Assembly (NCBI GenBank): GCA_045645165.1 | Contig: JAZRIF010000156.1 | Span: forward strand, 552-64,551 | Source of the DNA: Eubacteriales bacterium | Lineage (GTDB): Bacteria; Bacillota; Clostridia; Oscillospirales; CAG-272 | Length of the DNA: 64,000 nucleotides | Direction of reading: 5' to 3' | Part shown: one piece after another, positions 19,251 to 29,256 of the stretch | How positions within the stretch are numbered: position 1 is the stretch's first letter | How the letters are laid out: every line of letters starts with the position of its first letter | The notes under the pieces: model-generated | Seen by the model: only the letters and a program-made list of their open reading frames with translations | Databases searched by the model: none | What the model was told of the DNA's origin: nothing | Made by a program: the position numbers and the translations under genes

Positions 19251-20504
19251 ATGCATAAGATCAACGATTATACCAAATCCCGCGAGGCCTTTGCCCGCGC
19301 CGTCAAGGTCATCCCCTCGGGTATCTACGGCCATCAGGGCCCTGCCGAGGGCTGCTACGTCCCCGTAGAGGCATTTCCTCTGTATTCTTCCAAAGCTCAG
19401 GGTACCTACCTCTGGGATCTGGACGGCAACCGCTTCATCGACTACATGTGCGCCTACGGCCCCAACGTCCTGGGCTACCACGATCCCGACGTAGATGCCG
19501 CCGCTGCCCGTCAGCGCGCTATCTCCGACTGTACCACCCTTCCGAATCCCATCATGATCGACTTCGCCGATCTCTTGGTGGATACGGTGGCCTGCGCCGA
19601 TTGGGCGTTCTTCGCCAAGAACGGCGGTGACACCACCACTCTCGCCGTCATGACCGCCCGCGCCTACACCCACAGAAAGAAGATCGTCTTCTTCAAGGGC
19701 TACTACCACGGCGTTGCGCCCTGGACCCAGAAGATCGACTACGCGGGTGTCATCGAAGAGGACGTCATGCATAATCTTTACTGCGAGTGGAATAATTTCG
19801 AGCAGCTCTCCGAGATCTTCGACACCTACAAGGGAGAGATCGCGGCGGTGATCGCCCAGCCCTACATGCACGGCAACTTCATGGACAACCAGCTCCCCGC
19901 CGAGGGCTTCTGGCAGAAGGTCAGAAAGCTCTGCACCGATACCGACACCGTCCTCATCGTGGACGATGTTCGCGCGGGCTTCCGCTTGGATCTGGCGGGC
20001 TCGGATCACTACTTCGGCTTTGAGGCTGACCTCATCTGCTTCTGCAAGGCGCTGGCCAACGGCTACAACGTCTCGGCTCTTTGCGGTAAGGACTTCCTCA
20101 AGAATACCGTTTCCTCCATGTCCTACACCGGCTCCTACTGGATGTCTGCCGTCCCCTTCGCCGCGGGTATCGCCTGCATCGAGAAGATGAAGCGCCTGGA
20201 TTCCCCCCGTATCCTCATCGAAAAGGGAACCAAGCTTTCCGAGGGACTGATTTCCACTGCCACCAAGTACGGCTTCGACCTTCGCGTGACGGGCGTGCCC
20301 TCCCTGTTCTACCTCCGCTTGGCCGATGACCCCTCCCTGCGTCTGCATCAGGAGTGGATCGCCGAGTGCGTCAAACGCGGCGTGTTCTTCACCAACCACC
20401 ACAATCACTTCATCAACGCCGCACTTTCGGATGAGGACATCGCCGAGACCGTGGAGATCGCCGACGAGGCCTTTGCGGTGCTTCGCGATCGTTATCCCCT
20501 GTGA
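19251..20504 (+). CDS. Class-III (GSA-aminomutase-like) PLP-dependent aminotransferase
   Basis: The N-terminus resembles glutamate-1-semialdehyde aminomutase family members (VIPSG...YLWDLDGNRFIDY). A candidate PLP-lysine lies in ICFCKALANG. AAGGAGG RBS. Confidence 0.75.
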   Translation: MHKINDYTKSREAFARAVKVIPSGIYGHQGPAEGCYVPVEAFPLYSSKAQGTYLWDLDGNRFIDYMCAYGPNVLGYHDPDVDAAAARQRAISDCTTLPNPIMIDFADLLVDTVACADWAFFAKNGGDTTTLAVMTARAYTHRKKIVFFKGYYHGVAPWTQKIDYAGVIEEDVMHNLYCEWNNFEQLSEIFDTYKGEIAAVIAQPYMHGNFMDNQLPAEGFWQKVRKLCTDTDTVLIVDDVRAGFRLDLAGSDHYFGFEADLICFCKALANGYNVSALCGKDFLKNTVSSMSYTGSYWMSAVPFAAGIACIEKMKRLDSPRILIEKGTKLSEGLISTATKYGFDLRVTGVPSLFYLRLADDPSLRLHQEWIAECVKRGVFFTNHHNHFINAALSDEDIAETVEIADEAFAVLRDRYPL

Positions 20505-21001
20505 GGTCTGCCGTGATCCGAATCCTATTCGTCTGCCACGGCAACATCTGCCGCAGTCCCATGGCGGAATTCGTGTTCCGCAAAAAAGCCGCCGAGAGAG
20601 GGGTATCCCCCCTCTTTTCGGTATCCTCTGCCGCTACCTCCACCGAGGAGATTTGGAACGGCGTGGGCAATCCCGTCTACCCGCCCGCTCAACGGGAGCT
20701 CCGTAAGCACGGCATCACCTGCGACGGCAAACGAGCGGTTCAGGTCACCAAGGCCGACTACGCCGCCTACGATTACCTGCTCTGCATGGACGGAAACAAC
20801 ATCCGCAATCTCATGCGTATCATCGGAAGCGACCCACAGGGCAAGGTGCACCGCTTTATGGAGCCTACTGCCCGTGGTGGCGACGTAGCCGATCCTTGGT
20901 ACACCGACCGCTTTGACGTAACCTACCGCGACATCGACGAGGGCTGTGACGCTTGGCTGGATCTCCTCATCCCCGAGGCAAGAAAAAAGGGAGGCGAGTG
21001 A
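20501..21001 (+). CDS. Low-molecular-weight protein-tyrosine phosphatase / arsenate-reductase fold
   Basis: Active-site loop VCHGNICRSP (CX5R-S) and a DPWY motif. The GTG start overlaps the upstream stop (GTGA). Confidence 0.85.
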   Translation: MRSAVIRILFVCHGNICRSPMAEFVFRKKAAERGVSPLFSVSSAATSTEEIWNGVGNPVYPPAQRELRKHGITCDGKRAVQVTKADYAAYDYLLCMDGNNIRNLMRIIGSDPQGKVHRFMEPTARGGDVADPWYTDRFDVTYRDIDEGCDAWLDLLIPEARKKGGE

Positions 21002-21002
21002 G

Positions 21003-21740
21003 ATGACATATGCCACTTCCGTCGTAAAAGCCAAATTCATTGCCCGTCCCAACCGCTTTATCGCGCAGGTGGAGCTGGATGGCGAGATTCTTACCGTTCA
21101 CGTCAAGAACACGGGACGGTGTAAGGAACTGCTTCCCGCAGGTGCCACCGTGTATCTGGCCGCATCCGAGAACAGCGCCAAGGCGCAACGCAAGACCCCC
21201 TACGATCTTGTGGCTGTGGAGAAGGTCAAGGCCGACGGAACCACCCTGTTCATCAACATGGATTCCCAGGCTCCCAACGCCATCGCCGCCGAGTGGTTGC
21301 GTGAGAGCGGTTTGTTTTCTCCCGATGCTATCTTCAAGCGAGAAGTTACCCACGGGGATTCCCGCTTCGATTTCTGCATTATGGATGAGCGGGGAACGAC
21401 GGCATACCTGGAGGTTAAGGGCTGTACCCTGGAGCGGGACGGCGTAGCCTATTTTCCCGACGCGCCCACCGAGCGAGGGGTCAAGCACATCCGCGAGCTG
21501 ACAACCCTTGCCCGTGAGGGTCATCCCGCCTATATCCTGTTCGTGGTGCAAATGAAGGGAATCACCGCCTTACGACCCAACGACGAAACCCACAGGGCAT
21601 TCGGTGACGCCCTCCGTGAGGCCGATGCTGCCGGGGTACGGATCCTTGCCGTGGACTGTACGGTCAAGGCCGCGCCCACGGAAGACGGCACGCTTTCTCT
21701 TTCGGTCACCGCTGACCGGCCAATCCCCGTAGAACTGTAA
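21003..21740 (+). CDS. sfsA: SfsA-family DNA/sugar-fermentation stimulation protein
   Basis: The N-terminus (F..RPNRFIA.V..DG....VHV.NTGR..ELL) is typical of SfsA. The ATG at 21003 directly follows the upstream stop. Confidence 0.8.
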   Translation: MTYATSVVKAKFIARPNRFIAQVELDGEILTVHVKNTGRCKELLPAGATVYLAASENSAKAQRKTPYDLVAVEKVKADGTTLFINMDSQAPNAIAAEWLRESGLFSPDAIFKREVTHGDSRFDFCIMDERGTTAYLEVKGCTLERDGVAYFPDAPTERGVKHIRELTTLAREGHPAYILFVVQMKGITALRPNDETHRAFGDALREADAAGVRILAVDCTVKAAPTEDGTLSLSVTADRPIPVEL

Positions 21741-21751
21741 AGGAGATACCT

Positions 21752-22078
21752 ATGATCGATTTTCAGAATATGCCCGACACCGTCCTCCCCCACTTCAAGG
21801 GAGGTGAGGGTGAAATGATCGCCAAAATGTTTGGCGACGACCTCAACCGCATTCTTCTCGCACGCCTGGCTCCCGGTCATTCGGTGGGACTCCATACCCA
21901 CGAGACCTCCTCGGAGATCATGTATTTCTTGTCGGGCAAGGGAACCATCACTACCGATGGCATATCTGAGCCTGTTTTCGCCGGGGCTTGCCACTACTGC
22001 AAAAAGGGGAGCAGCCATACTCTTCTCAATGACGGAGAGGAAGAGCTTGTATTCTTCGCGGTGGTGCCGCAGCAGTAA
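21752..22078 (+). CDS. Cupin-domain protein
   Basis: 108 aa with G.SVGLHTHE...E..Y.L.G and C..G..H.L cupin motifs. AAGGAG RBS. Confidence 0.7.
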   Translation: MIDFQNMPDTVLPHFKGGEGEMIAKMFGDDLNRILLARLAPGHSVGLHTHETSSEIMYFLSGKGTITTDGISEPVFAGACHYCKKGSSHTLLNDGEEELVFFAVVPQQ

Positions 22079-22097
22079 GGAAAAAGTGCCGTAACCC

Positions 22098-22126
22098 TTG
22101 ACTTTCCTTTGCAGATATGCTATAAT
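22098..22126 (+). promoter_or_regulatory. Sigma-70-type promoter for asnA
   Basis: TTGACT - 17 nt - TATAAT. Confidence 0.7.
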
Positions 22127-22161
22127 ATTTCCATATATTTTTCCCGAGGAGGGAACTTCCC

Positions 22162-23172
22162 ATGAACAAATGTTATATCCCCGAGGGTTACCGCCCTCCG
22201 CTGGATGCTTACGATACCCAGCGTGCCATTTCCTACATCAAAAATCACTTCCAGACCGAGTTCCAGAACGCCTTGAATCTCAAGCGCGTTTCTGCCCCCC
22301 TGTTCGTCACCGACGCATCGGGTTTGAACGATAACCTCAACGGCTACGAGCGCCCCGTTTCCTTTGACGTCCCCGCCATCGGCGTGGAGGCCGAGGTGGT
22401 GCATTCTCTGGCAAAATGGAAGAGATTGGCCCTCAAGCGCTACGGCTTTACCGTAGGGCATGGTCTCTACACCGATATGAACGCTATTCGCCGTGACGAG
22501 GAGCTGGATAACATCCACTCCATCTACGTGGATCAGTGGGACTGGGAGAAGGTCATCACCCCCGAGACTCGTACCATCGAGTACCTTCAGCTCATCGTCC
22601 GCGCCATCGTCCGCGCCATCTGCGATACCAACGACCAGCTCCGCGTGCGTTTCCCCCAGTTGACTACCGTCCTGGAGCGGGACGTGACCTTTGTCACCTC
22701 TCAGGAATTGGAGGATATGTATCCTGACCTGAAAACCGGTTCCGAGCGGGAAAAGGCTTTCGTAAAGGAGCATCATACCGCCTTCATCATGCAGATCGGC
22801 GGGAAACTGAGATCGGGCAACCGTCACGACGGTCGCGCTCCCGACTACGACGACTGGCAGCTCAACGGCGATTTATTCTTCTGGGACGAGGTGCTGGGTC
22901 GCGCTTTGGAGATCTCCTCCATGGGTATCCGCGTGGATCCCGAGTCTCTGGATCGCCAGCTCGCGGTCTCCGGTTGTGACGACCGCAGAAATCTCCCCTT
23001 CCACAGAATGCTTCTGAGCGGGGAACTGCCCCTGACCATCGGTGGTGGTATCGGCCAGTCCAGACTCTGTATGCTCATGATGGGCTGTTGCCACATCGGT
23101 GAGGTACAGTCTTCCATTTGGGATGCCGAAACCGTAAAAGCTTGCGAAGCTGCAGGAGTACCGCTGCTGTAA
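22162..23172 (+). CDS. asnA: Aspartate--ammonia ligase (asparagine synthetase A)
   Basis: 336 aa. The N-terminus (...T..AI..IK..F...L...L.L.RVSAPLFV) and C-terminus (GGGIGQSRLCM) are characteristic of AsnA. Confidence 0.9.
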   Translation: MNKCYIPEGYRPPLDAYDTQRAISYIKNHFQTEFQNALNLKRVSAPLFVTDASGLNDNLNGYERPVSFDVPAIGVEAEVVHSLAKWKRLALKRYGFTVGHGLYTDMNAIRRDEELDNIHSIYVDQWDWEKVITPETRTIEYLQLIVRAIVRAICDTNDQLRVRFPQLTTVLERDVTFVTSQELEDMYPDLKTGSEREKAFVKEHHTAFIMQIGGKLRSGNRHDGRAPDYDDWQLNGDLFFWDEVLGRALEISSMGIRVDPESLDRQLAVSGCDDRRNLPFHRMLLSGELPLTIGGGIGQSRLCMLMMGCCHIGEVQSSIWDAETVKACEAAGVPLL

Positions 23173-23236
23173 TCGAGTTTTGCAAAATATCTAAAAATTT
23201 TTTTGCGTACAAATCCATATTTATTCAACAAAAATA

Positions 23237-23265
23237 TTGCAAAATACAAGCAAAAGTGATATAAT
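23237..23265 (+). promoter_or_regulatory. Sigma-70-type promoter for purC
   Basis: TTGCAA - 17 nt (ending in TGA) - TATAAT. Confidence 0.65.
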
Positions 23266-23347
23266 GAACGAGTAAGATTCAAACGCCGCATAGGTGCGTC
23301 CGAGAATCGTCAAAATTCATGTGAAATTTGCGAAAAGGAGCAAAATT

Positions 23348-24049
23348 ATGAAGAAGATTTACGCAGGCAAGACCAAGGATGTGTACGAGCTGGAAAACGG
23401 CAACGTACTGCTCAAGTTCAAGGACGATTGCACCGGCAAGGACGGCGTGTTCGATCCCGGCGAGAACTCTGTCGGACTCACCATCGAGGGTATTGGTAAG
23501 GCTAATCTCCAGACCTCCGTCTACTATTTCGAGATGCTGAAGGCCGCCGGTATCAAGACTCACTACGTCTCCGCTGACGTGGAGAACGCCACCATGGAGG
23601 TTCTGCCCGCTGAGAACTTCGGTAAGGCTCAGGGCGGTAACGGCCTGGAGGTTATCTGCCGTCTGGTTGCCACCGGCAGCTTCATCCGCCGCTACGGCGA
23701 GTATATCAAGAACGGTACCCGCATCGAGGGCGGCTACGTGGAGTGCACCTTCAAGAATGACGAGAAGGGCGATCCCCTGGTTACCGGCGAGGGTCTGGCA
23801 GTTCTGGGCGTTATGACCCCCGAAATGTTCGAGACCATGAAGAAGCAGACCATTGCCATCACCAAGATCGTGGCTGACGATCTCCGTACCATCGGTCTGG
23901 ATCTGTGGGATATCAAGTTCGAGTTCGGCTATACCAAGGACGGTGAGGTCGTGCTGATTGACGAGATCGCCTCCGGTAACATGCGTGTCTACAAGGGTGA
24001 TGCCATTGTAGAGCCCGTTGAACTGACCAAGCTGATTCTTAACCGCTAA
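23348..24049 (+). CDS. purC: Phosphoribosylaminoimidazole-succinocarboxamide (SAICAR) synthase
   Basis: The [18 protein letters not shown]... N-terminus is typical of PurC. I prefer the ATG at 23348, which follows AAAGGAG, over the GTG at 23294. Confidence 0.85.
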   Translation: MKKIYAGKTKDVYELENGNVLLKFKDDCTGKDGVFDPGENSVGLTIEGIGKANLQTSVYYFEMLKAAGIKTHYVSADVENATMEVLPAENFGKAQGGNGLEVICRLVATGSFIRRYGEYIKNGTRIEGGYVECTFKNDEKGDPLVTGEGLAVLGVMTPEMFETMKKQTIAITKIVADDLRTIGLDLWDIKFEFGYTKDGEVVLIDEIASGNMRVYKGDAIVEPVELTKLILNR

Positions 24050-24061
24050 TACAATACGGAT

Positions 24062-24093
24062 AAAAAAGAACCGCGGCACGCCGCGGTTCTTTT
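24062..24093. terminator. Bidirectional intrinsic terminator (purC / GH43 convergent pair)
   Basis: AAAAAA-GAACCGCGG-CACG-CCGCGGTTC-TTTT. Confidence 0.85.
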
Positions 24094-24192
24094 CATTGTG
24101 ATGCGCTCGATATGCGTTATGAATGGGCTGTGAGAGCCCTTCGGAAGTGTATGAATTCAGCGAATCGGGTAACGTGCAACGGCTGACTCAAT

Positions 24193-25086
24193 TCAGCTTT
24201 CAACTCGCTCCACGATCTCAAATCCGTCATCGGTTTCCCGGATCTTGAACAACCGAGGCCGCTCGTTGGGGTTGACGTTGGTGCTGTGGAGAATGAGGTA
24301 AGTTTCGCCGTCGAACCCGTCAAAGATCATGCCGTGACCGCCGTCGTCATCGTAGATATACTCGTCGGCATGCCGCCAAGGACCCAGAATGGAGCCGCTG
24401 TCACTGATGGCCAGCGCTTCTACGTACCAATACTGGGGGCCTGCGTGGAAGCCGGACCACAGCATGTACAGCTTGCCGTTCTTGCCTTTGCGGAAGAAAG
24501 GGCCGTCGGTTACGAAGTTACGGGCGTTGATATCCACGAGGGAGTACGCCCAATCCACGTCTCCTGCGCGGAGGATGACCTGTGACTCTCCGGCGGGGGC
24601 AGAAAGATCGGGAGTCAGAGGCATGGCGTCGATGGTACCGTCCCCGATCTGGCTCCATTCGTGGCAGAAGGCAGTCCAGGGTGTTCCGTTCTCATCTACG
24701 TAGAAGGTGGCATCCAGACAAGCCCATCCCTCGGGGGTAATGGGGCCGTCGGTGAAGGGAAGAAAGGGACCCATGGGGCTGTCACTCTTCAAAATCTGGG
24801 AGCAACGCAGGCGTGTCTCGCTGCGGAAGCTGGCGAACATGTAGTAAGCATCCCCGTAGTGATATACCTCGGGGGCGAAGAAATCTCTGTCCGACCAGAA
24901 ATCATCGGGGCGAGTAAAGCATTCGTGGGGCTCGCTCCACTCGATCAGATCCGTAGACGTGTAAACGTCCAGACCCTGCCAGGGAATGACCTTGGTGGTC
25001 GCACCTCGACGGGTTCCGTAGAGGTAGTAAATGCCGTTTTCAGCGAAGATAAAAGGATCGCGGAGATGAATATCCTGCAATTTCAT
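24193..25086 (-). CDS. GH43-family glycoside hydrolase (arabinanase/xylosidase type), cytoplasmic
   Basis: LRDPFIF near the N-terminus, plus repeated beta-propeller blade motifs (YYLYGT, YYMFAS, DGPFF). I prefer the ATG at 25086, which has an upstream RBS. Confidence 0.75.
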   Translation of the reverse strand: MKLQDIHLRDPFIFAENGIYYLYGTRRGATTKVIPWQGLDVYTSTDLIEWSEPHECFTRPDDFWSDRDFFAPEVYHYGDAYYMFASFRSETRLRCSQILKSDSPMGPFLPFTDGPITPEGWACLDATFYVDENGTPWTAFCHEWSQIGDGTIDAMPLTPDLSAPAGESQVILRAGDVDWAYSLVDINARNFVTDGPFFRKGKNGKLYMLWSGFHAGPQYWYVEALAISDSGSILGPWRHADEYIYDDDGGHGMIFDGFDGETYLILHSTNVNPNERPRLFKIRETDDGFEIVERVES

Positions 25087-25127
25087 AAGGATTTTCCTTT
25101 CAACTGAATTTTGCTCATATTGTTTCG

Positions 25128-26282
25128 TTACCGATTGTTCTTTTTCATGATAAATGCGGCGCACACCGACGCAAGCAGGAGGGTGGCACAGGAGATAACC
25201 GATGCGCATCCGTTTTGAACCATAGGCTCAGGAATATCCGTTCCGATAGGTGCTGTTACGGTTTCCACAGGAGTTTGTGCGGTTTCTTTGGGAGTATTCG
25301 TGACTGCCTCGGGAGTACCCGTTGTGACTTCGGACATATGGGTTGTTTCCTCGGGGAAATTCGTAGTCTCTTCGGGAACTTTCGTAGTCTCCTCGGAAAC
25401 TTTCGTTTCCTCACTTTCGTCGGAAAGACCGAGGGAAAGACCCAGATACTTGGCCAGTAATTTGGCAATTTCCGTGTGCCCCTTGGCATTGGGATGAATA
25501 TCGTATGCCAGGATGTTCGTAAGACCCACAGCATCACTGTCGATTACCGAGGGAACATCCATAATCTCATAGCCGTATACTTGGCCTGTGGTTTCGATGA
25601 TGCTATTGATAGAATCAAGAACCATCCCGCCAAAATCTCCAAATGCGCTGAATCCGGGGACGTTCTTCATAGGGTTATATTGCTTCAAGAAAAGCACTCT
25701 CGCGTTGGGAGCGTTCTCCTTGATAAAGCTGGCGATCGTGTGGAGATTCGTTCCGAGACTCGCAAGTGTGGCGGCGATCATCGCCTTGAATCCGGGATCA
25801 TTTGCAAGGGCAGCATAGCCGTCTGCATTGACGCTCATCAGCACGGCCGCCGCTTCCGCAAAGTCGGTGACGGTTCTTCCTGCTATTTGGGATGCGATCG
25901 TGGGAATCAGACCCAAGAGATCGTTTCCGCCGATGGTGATGATGATCATTTCTGCCGCCTTCACCTCGTTTTCGAGGCTGGGGATCAGCTTGGCAAGATC
26001 CGCACTCGTATCTCCGTTTACGGCGCGGTTGATATAGGTCTTACCACCTTCAAGTCCCATGGCCTTTGCGATCATGTTCGCATAGGAATCGCACAGATAG
26101 GGGGAGCCTCCGTATTCGTAATTGTCCAAACCGTAACCCGTGGTGAGTGAGTCGCCCAACGCGAGCAACGTCTGGGGATGAGAATTGTTTGTTGATTCAG
26201 CCGAGACCGGGCAGGTCACAGCGAATGCAAGTACGACCATGGCAATCGCGAGTATCAGGATTTTTTTGATATGATTTTTCAT
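25128..26282 (-). CDS. Secreted SGNH/GDSL esterase with a T/E/P-rich linker and a C-terminal TM anchor
   Basis: Signal peptide. Block I ALGDSLTTG, block III GGNDL, block V DIHPNAKGH. The C-terminus ends ...CATLLLASVCAAFIMKKNNR. Confidence 0.8.
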   Translation of the reverse strand: MKNHIKKILILAIAMVVLAFAVTCPVSAESTNNSHPQTLLALGDSLTTGYGLDNYEYGGSPYLCDSYANMIAKAMGLEGGKTYINRAVNGDTSADLAKLIPSLENEVKAAEMIIITIGGNDLLGLIPTIASQIAGRTVTDFAEAAAVLMSVNADGYAALANDPGFKAMIAATLASLGTNLHTIASFIKENAPNARVLFLKQYNPMKNVPGFSAFGDFGGMVLDSINSIIETTGQVYGYEIMDVPSVIDSDAVGLTNILAYDIHPNAKGHTEIAKLLAKYLGLSLGLSDESEETKVSEETTKVPEETTNFPEETTHMSEVTTGTPEAVTNTPKETAQTPVETVTAPIGTDIPEPMVQNGCASVISCATLLLASVCAAFIMKKNNR

Positions 26283-26730
26283 TTGTGTGCATCCTCTCTG
26301 CTTCGTCTTTTCCGGAGGAGATTTCTCTCTGTATCATAACATATTTTTTCTTGTTTGTCAAGAAATTGACGTGAATTTTTCAGAGTAAGACAGAAGAGAC
26401 CGTTATGCTGACTGGTTTGCTGACGATTTCGGTTTCGGGTTGAAAAAATACCTTTGGCTATAGATCATTCACAATTATATGCTATAATGAAACGGTCGTT
26501 TATGATGGCTTTTTGGGGATGTTTTATGAAATGAGAACTTTACTTTAGCAGACGCTTACGCTCCGCCAGCCATTCAGAAAAGACTAAAAATGATCTTGGA
26601 TCTTTTCCATAACAGGCTTTTTAGAACCGATGAGACATCCCAAATGACCGAACAGACAAAAAACAACATTTCCCCATGTTCATGTGCTATAATGGACTCG
26701 TAAGCAAAAATATCATGGAGGATAAGACAG

Positions 26731-27459
26731 ATGCTGGCTATCAAAACAATGGAGCTTGTCAAACGGTATCCAAAACTGACTGCCGTGGACGATCTTAATC
26801 TGGAGATCCAACAAGGGGAGTTGTTTTCTTTGTTGGGTGTCAATGGAGCCGGAAAAACAACGACCATAAAAATGCTGACAGGGTTGACCAAGCCATCCCA
26901 TGGAGATGCCTTTGTGGGTGGTTACAGTATCGCGAAGCAAGCAGATCAGGTTAAGCAGATCATTGGCGTATCTCCCCAAGAGACCGCTGTTGCACCGAAT
27001 CTTTCGGTGAAAGAAAATCTGGAGTTGATCTGCGGTATCCACAGGTTCTCCAAAGAAAAAACGAAAAATAAAATCAGAGAGCTTTCCGACCAATTTGCAC
27101 TGGATGAGGTGATACAAAGGAAAGCAGGGAAGCTTTCCGGTGGGTGGCAACGCCGTGTCAGCATTGCGATGGCGCTGATCAGCGAACCTCAAATCCTATT
27201 TCTGGACGAACCTACGCTTGGCTTGGATGTCATTGCAAGACACGATCTATGGGAAATGATTCGTTCGTTGAAGGGGAATGTGACAATCATCCTGACAACA
27301 CACTACATGGAGGAAGGCGAGGCGCTTTCAGACCGCATCGGTATTATGAAAAGCGGAAGACTCCTTGCAGTGGGAACAGTCGAAGAACTGAAAAGGGAAG
27401 CCGGAACCAATGACTTTGAAACTGCTTTCGTTTCGATTGTGAAGGAGGCTCGGGTATGA
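26731..27459 (+). CDS. ABC transporter ATP-binding protein (ABC-2 exporter type)
   Basis: Walker A GVNGAGKTT, signature LSGGWQRR, Walker B ILFLDEPT. GGAGGA RBS. Confidence 0.9.
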   Translation: MLAIKTMELVKRYPKLTAVDDLNLEIQQGELFSLLGVNGAGKTTTIKMLTGLTKPSHGDAFVGGYSIAKQADQVKQIIGVSPQETAVAPNLSVKENLELICGIHRFSKEKTKNKIRELSDQFALDEVIQRKAGKLSGGWQRRVSIAMALISEPQILFLDEPTLGLDVIARHDLWEMIRSLKGNVTIILTTHYMEEGEALSDRIGIMKSGRLLAVGTVEELKREAGTNDFETAFVSIVKEARV

Positions 27460-28187
27460 GAATGCTGACGTTTAGCCAAAGATGTACCAAAGAGATTTTG
27501 CGTGATCCGATCAATCTCGGTTTTGGCTTGGGATTTCCTTTGGTCTTGTTGTTCCTTCTTAGCGCGATTCAGGCCAACATTCCGGTGAGCCTGTTTGAAA
27601 TCGACACGCTGACCCCGGGTATTACCGTATTCGGCCTGTCGTTTATGACCCTTTTTTCGGCGACGTTGATCGCCAAAGACCGTGAAAGCGCCCTCCTGCA
27701 GCGGTTGTATACGACCCCTCTCCGAGGAGTTGACTTTATCATTGGGTATATGCTTCCGCTTTTGCCGCTTGCCCTTGGACAAATCATGATGTGTTACCTG
27801 TTTGCCATTCCCTTAGGTCTGACCGTTAGCGTGAATGTTCTGTATGCAATCATCGGAATCATTCCCATGGCGATTTTCAATATTGCCTTGGGGCTTTTGT
27901 GTGGCAGCGCTCTGGGTGTGAAGCAGGTTGGCAGTATCTGCGGCGCTTTGCTGACCAATCTTTCCGCATGGCTTTCGGGGGTATGGTTTGATCTGAGTCT
28001 TGTGGGCGGTACTTTCAAAAAAATAGCCAATGCGCTTCCATTTGTTCACGCGGTAGAAATGGAGAAAGCATTATTCAACGGGAACTTTGAGGTTGCAGTC
28101 GAGCACATTCTGCCGATCGCTTTGTATAGCGTATTCATAACGGTGATTGCTGTGCTCTGTTTCCTCAGACAAATGAAAAAGCAGTAA
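27456..28187 (+). CDS. ABC-2 type transporter permease
   Basis: About six TM segments. ATGA overlap with the ATPase gene. Confidence 0.8.
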   Translation: MRMLTFSQRCTKEILRDPINLGFGLGFPLVLLFLLSAIQANIPVSLFEIDTLTPGITVFGLSFMTLFSATLIAKDRESALLQRLYTTPLRGVDFIIGYMLPLLPLALGQIMMCYLFAIPLGLTVSVNVLYAIIGIIPMAIFNIALGLLCGSALGVKQVGSICGALLTNLSAWLSGVWFDLSLVGGTFKKIANALPFVHAVEMEKALFNGNFEVAVEHILPIALYSVFITVIAVLCFLRQMKKQ

Positions 28188-28199
28188 GGATTTGAGACG

Positions 28200-28643
28200 A
28201 TGAAATACAAACTCATTATCGATAAAAATGCAGAGGAAGAAATAATCGCAATCGTTCATGCACCTTCTTCTCTGACACAGCAGATCGAGAATCTTGTCTG
28301 TTGTTTTTCCGGCGTGGACAGCATCATGGGGTACAGGGATGACGAGATGCGAAAATTGACTTTCGATGAAATTGAATGCGTTACCGTTCTTGACAGAAAA
28401 GTGATCGCCATTGATACGGACGGAAACCGTTACCGCGTTCAGGAGAGGCTCCGTGATTTAGAGAATATTTTGCCCTCCTATTTCATCCGTATTAACAAAT
28501 CCACTCTGGCCAATGAACACCGTATTCTGCGATTCGATGCGGCGTTCAGCGGCGGCGTGGACGCCGTGTTCCAATGCGGCTATCGGGACTATGTTTCCAG
28601 ACGTTGTTTTGTGGAAATCAGAAGGAGGTATGAAGGAATATGA
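28200..28643 (+). CDS. Stand-alone LytTR-domain DNA-binding protein (no receiver domain)
   Basis: C-terminal FIRINKSTLANEHRILRFD LytTR signature. 147 aa. Confidence 0.8.
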   Translation: MKYKLIIDKNAEEEIIAIVHAPSSLTQQIENLVCCFSGVDSIMGYRDDEMRKLTFDEIECVTVLDRKVIAIDTDGNRYRVQERLRDLENILPSYFIRINKSTLANEHRILRFDAAFSGGVDAVFQCGYRDYVSRRCFVEIRRRYEGI

Positions 28644-29083
28644 GAAGGATTGTTTTGGATTTTTTACGCCGCGGTTTGATCGCTTGCGGGATAGGCCCGA
28701 TCGTTTTGGCAATATTATATCTGATTTTGCAGCAGCGAGGTTCCGTAGATGCGCTACCTGTCAATCAGGTCTGTATAGGGATATTTTCACTATCCGTCCT
28801 TGCCTTTATTGCGGGCGGTATGAATGCCATTTATCAGATTGAACGGTTACCCCTGATGGTGGCGATCTTGATTCATGGCGGGGTTTTATATATCAGCTAT
28901 TTGGGTGCTTATCTAATCAACGATTGGCTGGAATGGGGGATCATACCGATTTTGGTTTTTTCGGGTATTTTTATTGTGGGTTATTTGATGATCTGGGCGA
29001 TCATTTACTCCATAATCAAGCGGAACACCACCCAACTCAATGAAAAGCTGAAGTTGAAGCAGAAAACTGCAGAAGGGAAGTAA
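28640..29083 (+). CDS. Small polytopic membrane protein (DUF3021-like), partner of the LytTR protein
   Basis: Four predicted TM helices. ATGA overlap with the LytTR gene. I recall this pairing as typical of LytTR regulatory systems. Confidence 0.65.
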   Translation: MRRIVLDFLRRGLIACGIGPIVLAILYLILQQRGSVDALPVNQVCIGIFSLSVLAFIAGGMNAIYQIERLPLMVAILIHGGVLYISYLGAYLINDWLEWGIIPILVFSGIFIVGYLMIWAIIYSIIKRNTTQLNEKLKLKQKTAEGK

Positions 29084-29089
29084 GAAAGG

Positions 29090-29126
29090 GTATTGCCCCC
29101 ATTCCGAAAAGGAGTGGGGGCAATAC
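29090..29126 (+). terminator. Stem-loop after the LytTR/membrane pair
   Basis: GTATTGCCCCCA / TGGGGGCAATAC 12-bp stem. The trailing T-run is weak. Confidence 0.5.
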
Positions 29127-29256
29127 TATGTTAAATTGAATATTTTACAAAACAGAATCAAAATCGAATTTCCATATGAAAAATCTTGATTTTTTCTCTA
29201 TAATATGTTATAATAAAAAAGTATAGGTATATCCAGTTGAGAAAGGAGTCTTGTCC

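Noticed and set aside
23266-23347. Possible purine or ZTP riboswitch in the purC leader.
   Set aside because: The leader is only about 80 nt long. It lacks the conserved purine-riboswitch junction sequences and the ZTP GGGTCGTGAC...CCGCCTGGGCA-type motifs, and I could not draw a three-way junction.
26483-26535. Ten-codon mini-ORF (MMAFWGCFMK) just downstream of a TATAAT box, a possible leader peptide for the ABC exporter.
   Set aside because: There is no Shine-Dalgarno sequence, it lies about 190 nt from the ABC start codon, and I could not identify an alternative-hairpin attenuator. The evidence is too weak to call.
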